A model generated the notes under the pieces. It worked only from the letters and a program-made list of their open reading frames with translations. It made no database searches and had not been told where the DNA came from. The translations under genes and the position numbers were made by a program. Positions 54,201-64,000 of a stretch of 64,000 nucleotides of DNA are shown here, piece by piece (position 1 is the stretch's first letter; the number at the start of each line of letters is the position of its first letter). The DNA comes from Utricularia gibba (lineage: Eukaryota; Plantae; Magnoliophyta). Where the stretch lies: the NCBI GenBank assembly GCA_002189035.1, contig CM007992.1, positions 744,001-808,000 on the forward strand, written 5' to 3'.

Positions 54201-54736
54201 CTAGGAATAATGAGAAGATAATAGGGAGTTGGGAATTGGAAAGAAAACGCGAAAAGCGCAACAGACTATAAGCTCACTGGTATTTGAAGCCCGCCAACTT
54301 CTCCATCGGCGTCGACAACTGTTGGGTTCTTGTTGTTTCCACCTCTTGGGCGATTTAACCCCCTCTGGTTTCTCTTCATTGGCGTAGGGTGGGCGCGTTT
54401 CTGGATCCACTGATAAAGCAGGTTCTTTTACTCATACTGGATGTGATTTCAATAGGGGAAGCGTTCATATCAAACGCTGCTGTTGTGGTTTCAGGATACT
54501 GAATGTGGGTGTTGAAACTATGTCGTTATAAAGACTATAGGGATGACCCTTCTTGCTGGAACGTCGTTGAAAAAATAAAAACTGCCTCTTTCCACCTTCT
54601 TCGTTTGCTTGTTTTTGCGGTTTGAAGTTTTGTTGCTTTGGGGTGATGGGTTGTTGAGAGTAGTCGTGGTGGATTAGGGATACCCTGGTTTGGTTTTTGA
54701 TTTTTTTTTTTTTTTTTTTTGTTGGTTGGTGGCAGA

Positions 54737-57304
54737 ATGGCTGCTAATGCGACTGTTAAATGTGCAACTCCAATGAAGGCAACTTCGAATGGGGTGTTCC
54801 AAGGGGATGATCCTCTCCACTATGCAATTCCTCTGGTTATTATACAAATATGTTTGGTTGTTGTACTGACCAGAGGATTGGCTTGTATTCTCCGGCCGCT
54901 AAGGCAACCTCGAGTTATTGCAGAAGTTATAGTGAGTCTTCTACTTGATCCTGGCATTTGTTACAGTTTCACTACCTAGAACATAAATGTATTCTGATTT
55001 CTGATGAAACTTGATGTTTACAGGGAGGGATCCTACTAGGGCCATCCGCTTTAGGCCGCAGTGAGAAGTACCTTGAAGCTGTTTTCCCGAAGAGGAGTCT
55101 GACAGTTTTGGATACTCTTGCAAACCTCGGTCTTATATTCTTTCTGTTTCTCGTTGGACTGGAGCTTGATCCCAAGGCTGTCAAGCGAACAGGGAAAAAG
55201 GCATTAGGCATTGCCATTGCTGGAATCTCCCTCCCATTTGTAATGGGAATAGGAACCTCATTTGCTCTTCATGCCACCATTGCCAAGGACTCAAGGCAGG
55301 TTCCATTTCTCGTATTCATGGGTGTAGCTCTGTCCATCACTGCCTTCCCTGTGTTGGCTCGAATTCTAGCCGAGCTCAAGCTTCTAACAACCGATGTGGG
55401 ACGAATGGCAATGTCAGCAGCAGCAGTAAACGATGTGGCCGCCTGGATTTTGCTTGCATTAGCAATAGCTCTATCAGGCACAGATTCTCCACTGGTTTCC
55501 CTTTGGGTGTTACTCTGTGGAGCAGGCTTCATCACCCTGTGTATCTTCCTTTGCCCTCCGATTTTCAGATGGATGGCGCGTAGATCCTCTGAAGGAGAGT
55601 CTGTTGATGAGATATATGTTTGTGGTGTACTGGTTACTGTTCTCGCAGCAGGATTGGTGACTGACACCATTGGCATCCATGCCCTGTTTGGCGCATTCGT
55701 GGTCGGAGTTCTTGTTCCAAAGGAAGGGCCGTTCGCCGGAGCTCTGGTGGAGAAGGTGGAGGATCTCATTTCAGGGCTGTTTCTTCCTCTCTACTTTGTA
55801 TCAAGTGGACTGAAGACAAATGTAGCCACCATTCAAGGAGCAAAATCATGGGGGCTTCTGGTTTTAGTCATATTCACCTCCTGCTTCGGAAAAATAGTTG
55901 GCACAGTTGCTGTGTCTCTCCTCTGCAGAGTTCCCAAGAACGAAGCTTTCACTCTTGGGTTCCTCATGAACACCAAGGGCCTGGTCGAGCTCATCGTTCT
56001 CAATATCGGAAAAGACAGAGGGGTAAGCTATTCCACCACTGCATTCAAAACATATTCAGAACCCATGATCAAATGCGGCTCTCTTTTCAGGTACTCAATG
56101 ATCAAACATTTGCAATCATGGTTCTGATGGCCTTGTTCACCACCTTCATCACAACTCCGATGGTGGTTGCAATTTACAAGCCTGCAAGGATGATGGGATC
56201 GGAGTATAAACACAGAACCATTCAAAGAGATGACCTGAACACCCAACTGAGGCTCCTGACTTGTTTCCACAGTTCAAGAATAGTCCCAACTCTGATCAAC
56301 CTCATGGAAATCTCCCGTGGAACCGGAAAAAGGGGTGGTCTTCGTGTCTACGCCATGCACCTCAAGGAGCTCTCTGAGAGACCCTCTGCGATTCTGATGG
56401 TAAACAAGGTGAGAAAAAATGGTCTCCCTTTCTGGAACAAGAGCCAGGGGATAGATTCAGATCAAATAGAAGTTGCATTCGAAGCTTTCAAGCAGCTCAG
56501 CCATGTCTCCATCCGCCCGACGATAGCCATTTCTCCGTTGTCGAGTATGCACGTAGATATCTGTGCCAGCGCTGAGAGGAAAAGGGCTGCTATGATTGTT
56601 CTCCCCTTCCACAAACATCAGAGGATCGATGGGTACATGGAGACTTCAAGGAATGAGCTGAGGTTCGTCAACCGGCGGTCCTGGAGCACGCACCGTGCTC
56701 CGTCGCTATACTGGTTGATCGGGGGCTCGGCGGTGCAGCCCACATCGCTGCAAGCAACGTCAATTACACTATAACTACGTTCTTCTTCGGCGGCCCTGAT
56801 GATCGTGAGGCGCTATCTTACTCTGCTGTAATGGCGGAGCACCCCGGCATCAATTTGACTGCAGTTCGTTTCGTGGTTGATCCAAAAGTCGTCGGAAAAG
56901 CAGTGAAGCTGGAGATTGATGGAAACGGATCAGCGGACGAGAGATCTGCAAATGAAGATTTCATTTCAAAATTCAAACAACGGGTGTCGAAAGAAGGATC
57001 GATCAAGTTTGAGGAGAGGGTGGTGAGCAGTGAAGCGGAAGCAGCTGATGTGATGCACAAGTACAGTAGGTGTAACCTTCTGGTGGTGGGCAGAATGCCG
57101 GAGGGGGAGCTACCGGCTGCTTTCAATAAAAGAAGGGAATGCCCTGAACTTGGTCCCATCGGAAACTTACTGATCTCACCGGAATTTCCCACCACCGGAT
57201 CTGTACTGGTTGTGCAGCAGTTCCAGGGATTGCTGACGGGAAGCTCATTAAGATCGTTACGGGACGAAGAGACTACAGACGACGGCGAGTATGATTCTTC
57301 ATAA
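54737..57304 (+). CDS. CHX: Cation/H+ antiporter (CPA2, CHX16-19 clade); apparent 1-bp frameshift at 56677-56678
   Basis: [92 protein letters not shown], then (shifted frame) [19 protein letters not shown]. Confidence 0.93.
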
Positions 57305-57748
57305 ACCAAGGTGAATGGGATGAACAGCAGAGGAATGAAAAGAGTGAATAAACTGAAAACAATTGTACATGAACCTGCTCAAAGAGTAGTCTGAATTTGT
57401 CCCTTTTCATATGAAAGAAGTTCCTTTTCATATGAAAAACTTGCTATTAACCACAGAGGCATTGAATGAGAACTCAATTTGACATGTTTTATATGGTTTC
57501 AGAAACTGAGTATCGTTTTCGAAACAAAATGCAAGGACAGCGCATACCCACCTTCGAATGAAAAGAACTACAGGGGACACAAATACTGAAAATGTCCCTT
57601 GAAAAGAAAGCAGAATAACACCAGCAGGCATATATTGATGAATGCATCTGTTTTCACTGCAGCAGCATTCAAAGACAAGAAGAAAACACAAAACTACAAA
57701 AATAAAGGGAAATCTGAAGCTGAAAAAAAATGAACGTGATGCACCTAT

Positions 57749-58631
57749 TTAGATTCTGAAGAACTCGTCGAGTTCTTCCAACCCGGAGAAGAAATCATCG
57801 TTCATGAGGAACTCAGATATCAGCATGTCGTCCTCATGGTCTTCCGAGGTTACATTCTTGACAACTGCTTCACTTTCAGGTGATTGTCTCTCTTCCTTGA
57901 CTCCTCTCCCAACATCAGTCGCTGAAACATTCCTCTCTGGTCGTGAGCATCTGTTGGTGACCGGAAATTTCAGCCCCACGGTGCCGGGCAGCGAGTTCCG
58001 CCTGGTGGGCTTGCTGTGGCTGTGCTCCCCCGTGTAGGTGATGATGAACTTCCTTGGATCGGTGCAGCTCTGTTCCACTTGCTTCCTTGCCGAACACCCT
58101 TTTGAGCTGCTGCATCTGTAGTAGCTCCTGTGGATTGTTTGTTTCATGAGATTCGTGTTAGGCCTGGAACTTTTGTGGGTAATCTCTGTGGTATTCTGGA
58201 TGCAAACCTTGGATATGGAGATCCCTTGATAGGCTTTTGGCCGAACTTCCTCCAAGCCCACACGTCGGACGTCAGCTCGCCGGCGGAAACATGAACCGCG
58301 ACTCTCTTTTGTTGACTCTTCCTGCAGACAACTCTTGAGTTTTTCGTAAAATGCCAACACTATGAAGTTCCACCTCAAGACAATTAACTAACCTTTTCTT
58401 GCCACCGGAAAGATGATCATCCGCCGCGTCTTTCCCATTCCTCCGCTCTTGAAAACGGAGAACCGCGCTTGAAGGAAGAGGGTGCGGGTAAAAGGGCTCC
58501 CGATTAGAGACCTCAGAACTATCAGGGAACCATTCCAGAGACCGCTGGCCTTTTCCACTCTTCTCCTCAACATCGTCCTTCCATCCTTCCAAACTCCATT
58601 CTCGAAGGTCTTCTTCATCAAATCCAGCCAT
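57749..58631 (-). CDS. WRKY transcription factor, group IIe (WRKY22/27/29-like), WRKFGQK variant
   Basis: Three exons: ...GGKK|RKSQQKRVAVHVSAGELTSDVWAWRKFGQKPIKGSPYP|RSYYRCSSSKGCSARKQVEQ..TYTGEHSH. C-X5-C-X23-HXH finger and phase-2 R-type intron. Confidence 0.92.
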
Positions 58632-59615
58632 GGAGATCTTCTGTTAGTTCTCGAGAACCGTTGGGAGGTTTATACAGATAGGATCGTGGGAGAAGCAAGG
58701 AAGTTGGAGTCCCCACAGCTACACGGAAAGGTTTCCTGTCGTATGCGGCGCTGACCTTCCAGCAGTCAAAGCCAGTAGGAAGAAGACTCGCCATTAAAAA
58801 AAAGCTCACTGCGAATTCCCACTTGGCTTGTCTGCGGCCAATGACTGGGAAACACAGACGCAGGGATCCACGCCTGCTCAGCTTTCTCGCCTGCTGCTGA
58901 TGATTCATATCATGCGTGTCCTGAACACAGACGTGAACGAAGTTACCTGGTAGTTTAGAAAGTAGAACCAATCAGATTCCATGGATTTTCTGATAATGAA
59001 AACCGCCTGCCCACCAACAAGTTCCTACACTTGGAAGACAATCCAACCCTTTCAGCCTCTGCTGGGAGCCTTGTGGCCACAGCATAAATTCCAGGGGTTG
59101 GCGCCCTAGGCCCTAACTCCATGTTGGGGCTGAGTTGGTGATATACATCTTTTTACAATTTTAGTTTGCAAAATACATCCTTTTGGTTAATGTTGGGAAA
59201 ATACATTTTTATGTATTTTTGTTTTTTTTAACTCAGCAGCTTTTTTTACCTCAATGAAATGTGGAATTTTGGATTTGTCTGTCCAATTTTTCAACTGGGT
59301 TTCTTGAGATTTGCATTCTCATTTACCGGGTTTGTGTTAATGCGATGAACTAAGTGAGTTAGAGATTGGGGTCCTATGGATCTTGGGTTTTGATTTTTTG
59401 TCAATTCTGATTAATATTGATCTTTGGTATCTCATCACTTTTCCGTATTCTTGATAGAATACGAAAAATACATATTTTTTTAATTTTTGTTTTATTTACA
59501 AGTGATATAAATGAGTGTTTTTATCGATCGAAGGTAAATTATCCATTTGACTCAAAGCCAATATTTGAAAAAATAGATCAAGTATTCAACTGCATTTTAG
59601 ACAATTTTAAAACAT

Positions 59616-62600
59616 CTACTTCTTCTTAAATACACCACTTATTTTATTTCCAATAAGTTTCACAAGGCCCTTCTTCCTCTGGGTGCCAATGTTTGTGCCA
59701 CTCCGACTCTCGAGTTGCGGATGCCTTGAAAGATATGATATCGAATTCCTAGCAGCTATGCCTTGCGGAGCCCAAGGGGGATGTGATATTGAATCACATG
59801 CCGTTGTTGAGATGGGTTGTATAGCAAGACCCAATTCGAGACCATCATACGACGAATGTCTGAACGAGGAGCCTCCCGGTTTGTTGTATCCTGTGGACAG
59901 TAATGTGCTATCTCGCCTAGAATGTGGTACCTCACTGTAAGAAGGGATCGGATACGCCGAAGACTCTTTGAACGAGGGCGCATATCCATAATCCTGGCTT
60001 GGAGGAGGAGGAGTATTCAAATCAATCGAGCTTGGTCCCTTACTTGCATCCTATTGTCTCCTAGAACGCCTCGATGTACTATTATGTGAATCTTCCAGTC
60101 CATGTTGTTGCATTGACTGGTTCCGGGTGATGCCAGATGAGGCTTCATTCGGTTTCCGTCGCCTCTCACGTCTAGTTGCTCTCTGCTCAAAATCTGGTGG
60201 CCCCTTGTACCTTGTTGACTGTGTTCGACCGACGGTGACTCGTTTACGTGCTGGGTCAACCAAGAGCTCAAAGGGTGCGGGTTCCCATTCACTCTCATCT
60301 CTTACCGGATTAATGCTACCTCGGTACATATTAACCATTGTGGTTACAAGGTAGTATACCGAGGCTCGAGTCCTTGGATTAATACGAAATTTATGAAGGG
60401 CCTGCATGTAATCAATGCATTTAAATCATAGGAAAAATGATATAACAGATATCGTATTATTACCTTTTGTGCATGACGACAAGGGTAACGGTCTATGTTC
60501 CAAATCCCGCAGGCACACTCTCCTTGGATAACACGCACCCTTCGGGATTGAGAAGAGTGTGGAGTCTCCTCTATGATGTCTGCCACCTGATTCTCAGTAT
60601 CATACACAATGCATTGTAGGAATGGCAATGCTCTCGCTTCCTCTCGATATGCTTCCTCCACTACTCTCCCAAAAAGTATGCCCTCTTTATGTCTCTTCAT
60701 CGCTGCTGCTCGGTATTTCTCAAAATACTCTCTTCCTTTCTCGAAAGTAACCTGAAATTTTCTTGAATATTATAAAAGATTGATAGTATAAAGGCTCAAA
60801 CATTATTGCATATCATAATACCTTGGCAATTTGGGTTGGAGGTAAGCGTCGAGCTTCCCTTAGGGCACCGTTCAAAGCTTCCGCAGGATTGGTGGTCATT
60901 ATGGTATACCTGTACATGATGTTTGTAGATAATATAATTTGTGATGTCATATCAAATTCATAATTTTAAAAAATAACCTAAAAACTACTAACCGATGTCC
61001 TCCATCATATAGCAATGTCCACTCCTCAAATGGAATATCTTCCAAATAAGCATGTGCCTTTGGACAGTGCTCTTTCAAGTGATTCCATGCATTTTGAAAA
61101 TCTACCTCATTCCTAGCATAAGAAACCCTATGCACCATGTTGGACACACCCTTCGATCGTCTTCCAATATGCGTCTGAACATTCTTGCGGAGGTGCCAAT
61201 TACAAAAACGATGCACGCCATAATGGGGAAACCATTCCTTGTAGTTCCTATATGCTGCTAATATGCCTGCGGCACGGTCACTTATGATACATACTCCTTC
61301 TCTATCTCGGACAATATGCATTCCAAGCAATCCTAAAAACCACGTCCAATCCTCCTCACTCTCACTTCTTACGAAGGCGTAAGCGACAGGGCAAATCTTG
61401 TTGCTCCCATCAACGGCAACCGCAACAAGCAGCTTGTAGTCATAGCGACCGTATAAGTGTGTGGCGTCGACACATAGCACCGGACGAGCATAGGCGAAGG
61501 CTCGAATCGCAAAACCGAATGCTCAAAAAACCCTTCTTAGATAATGTGGGCCCTGGGTATCCTGTGCATCATCACCCCAATTGACCACAGTACCTGAGTT
61601 TCTATGACGAACCTCTTCTAGATACCGTGGTAGCTCTATCACAGACTTCTCCCAGGTACCGTAGCAAAGTTCGTATGCACGGATCATGCAAGCCCAGGCC
61701 TGCCACTTGCTAACCTCATACCCCCACTTGTCTCTGATAATCGACTGCACCCTTTGATTGTGAGCGTGGCTTTCAAGTATGGTTTCAATCGAGGCGCAAT
61801 GAATTTGATTGATAGGTTGGCATGATGACCAGCTCCCAATGAATCAGTCACATCGCAAGTATGTGGCTCCACCAGCATAGTAATCCTCCATGTGTTCGTC
61901 TTCTTGCTAGGTCCCCACGCAGCGCAAATGGGCAATTACTACTTCCATTTGCTGCTTGTCGACAAATGACGGAATAATTCTTTTTGTCACTCTTATACAC
62001 CTTGAACTCTCGTTGTGCCACCGATACATGATATCTCATCACTGCATCCATCATACTTTGTCTATCATTAAAATGCATACCCTCACGCAGATGCATCTCC
62101 TCTGCCTGTTGTGTATCCATAGATGGGATTCGATCATAATAATCTGCAGAGGGACCTTCTTCCAAGTCATCAAGAGTTGCATCATTGTCATCTACCCCAA
62201 TAGATGGTGTAGCACGTATGTTTCCGTCATCCAACGCGGCTACTGCCATAGCCACCTCCTCTGGGGTTGGGATAAATTCATCATCAGAGTCACTCTCGAC
62301 AGTATCTGCAATGTAATCAGAATCATCATCACTGTTGTACTCTGGAAATTCCTCATGCTCCTCCATGGGGTCATTGTCAGAGGCAGCATTTTCATGATGA
62401 GGCTCAGATGGTTGGGGATGTGGAAAATCGAACGGGTCGAAATCTTGTTCAATGTAGGACGACGGGAGTGAGTTGTACAAATTTTGATAGTATTCTGAAT
62501 CGAAATATTGTTGATCTTGAATCGGTTGCGGAGCCATTGGCACTGTTATTCATGAAAATAATTAGTAAAATGTATAGTTATCAAAATTACTTCTCTTCCT

Positions 62601-63789
62601 ATAATGAATTAATAATTTTTTTACTTTAACCTCAATTCTCTTTATTCAAATTAATTTTTACATTTATTTTCTTTTTATTACATATTGTTATTAAATTTCT
62701 TTTTAATTATTTAAAATATTTATACTTTACATCAATATTTTATTATTGAAATTCTTAAATTATTTTGTAAATTTTATTTTAATAATAGTTATTTTTCATC
62801 AAAATTATTATTTATTTACGAAAATTAATTTCATAAGTGATATTAATAATAAAAATGCTAAAAAATTACTTACGGTTCTATGCTGAATTAATATTTTTTT
62901 TATTTTAATCTCAACTTTTTTTATTCAAATTAATTCTCCACTTATTCTTTTTTTATTATAAATAGTTCTTAACTTTTCTTTTTGATTATTTAAAATATTT
63001 TATGTTTTTATATCAATACCTATTACTAAAATTCTTAAATCATTTTTTTAAGTTTATTTTAAATAGTTCTCAGAATTCATCGGCCAATTAATATTGCCAC
63101 AACCAAAGATCTTTCTTTATGTGCAAATTAATTTTATAATTGATATTAATTATAAATTAGTTTTTAAACTTAATTACCTAAAAATTTAGTTTATTCATTA
63201 TTAAATAAAAATAAATACTATCATCAATATTAATATGATGTATGCTAATATAGTGATCACTTAATTATAAATCTGATGAATTGTGTATATTAATAAAATA
63301 TTATGTAATCACACTCATAATAAGTATCCAAACATTATGCATTACAAAATCAATATTTATATTTAGATTATGCAAAATTTATAGTTTTAATGCATGAAAA
63401 ATAAATATAAATTATATTCTGAAAATATTGTACTTACCGGAATAACTAGAAGAAGCACATTGACTCATGCTATCATCAATAATATATAAGTCCACATCAT
63501 ATTGTGAGTTGAATGGATTCAAGGCATACCGTAGACCGGATTCATCAGAAATTGGGAAGAAGTTGAAGTCGTGAGTGTTGACATCGTAAAATTTGACTTT
63601 GATACGAACAATACGAAAATCTACAACTATATTTACCTCACGTTGTAAAATCTCGATAAATCGTTCTAGTGAAATTGTAGGTTTCACTAGAATCACCTTT
63701 ACGGGGTCACGATCATATACAACAGAATTGGAGTATTGATCTCTTAAGATATTTCCACCGGAGAATATACGGATTGAAACCTTTGACAT
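59616..63789 (-). pseudogene. MuDR/MULE transposase with two nonsense codons and two 1-bp frameshifts
   Basis: MuDR domain (LREGMHFNDRQSMMDAV..REFKVYKSDKK), DDE residues VLCVDATH / CIISDR / TTNPAEALN, RFCNWH motif, SWIM finger ECACGIWNIDRYPCRHA. In-frame TGA at 61525-61523 and TAG at 60053-60051. Confidence 0.9.
62584..63068. repeat. Diverged AT-rich direct repeat (two copies of about 200 bp, about 280 bp apart) inside the transposase intron
   Basis: aaaattactt..gaattaata.ttttttt..tttaa.ctcaa.t..tttattcaaattaatt..aaattcttaaat recurs from about 62584 and about 62862. Confidence 0.7.
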
Positions 63790-64000
63790 GATGATTGTGA
63801 GCAGCAATTTTTTGCAGGAAACTAAACGTAGGATATAGATGGAAGATGAGAGGTGTGGAAATGAAAAAGAAGTCAATTTAAATAAGAAGGAATTGAGACA
63901 TTATTTAATATTCAACTAACTAAATGCTTTTGAATTAGTCATGGGCATGCTACGGCCATTCATTTTCAACAGTTTAATTAAATTAAAATGAAACAATAAT

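Larger units (their letters stand above)
59126..64000 (-). mobile_element. Mutator-like DNA transposon (MULE), right end probably outside the window
   Basis: Contains a MuDR-type transposase. The candidate terminus near 59126 starts with GGGG and carries repeated (A)ATACAT motifs. The partner TIR and TSD are not visible, so the boundary is approximate. Confidence 0.8.

Noticed and set aside
55269-55769. 166-aa antisense ORF within CHX (similar cases at 41502-41981, 47736-48194, 37259-37621)
   Set aside because: Shadow ORFs on the opposite strand of real coding exons, expected from codon structure.
1-64000. CRISPR arrays, rRNA, intact tRNA, organellar insertions
   Set aside because: None seen; this is eukaryotic nuclear DNA with spliceosomal introns throughout.

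Overview
Gene-dense nuclear DNA from a photosynthetic flowering plant, probably a compact-genome eudicot (most introns about 70-120 nt; about 17 protein genes in 59 kb, separated by AT-rich spacers). In order: 3' part of a RING-H2 E3 ligase, DUF1350, RopGEF14-like, a MIR168 hairpin not visible in the ORF track, UPF0114, AP-4 epsilon, XEG113, RPA1C-type RPA70 with three zinc knuckles, a MAK-like kinase whose leader carries a 41-aa conserved-peptide uORF, BRX-like, ASY4-like, MOB1, an MFS transporter, phosphoribulokinase, ATRIP/SUV2 head-to-head with NdhS, a CHX antiporter, a group IIe WRKY with a WRKFGQK variant core, and about 5 kb of a decayed Mutator-like element running off the right edge. 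The main cross-window signal is six reading-frame breaks (RopGEF, BRX-like, MFS, CHX, two in the MULE), each repaired by adding one base to a short G/C run. This most likely reflects long-read assembly error rather than gene loss. All family assignments come from motif recognition from memory; no database search was run. I did not find a clearly new multi-gene system; the best leads are regulatory.
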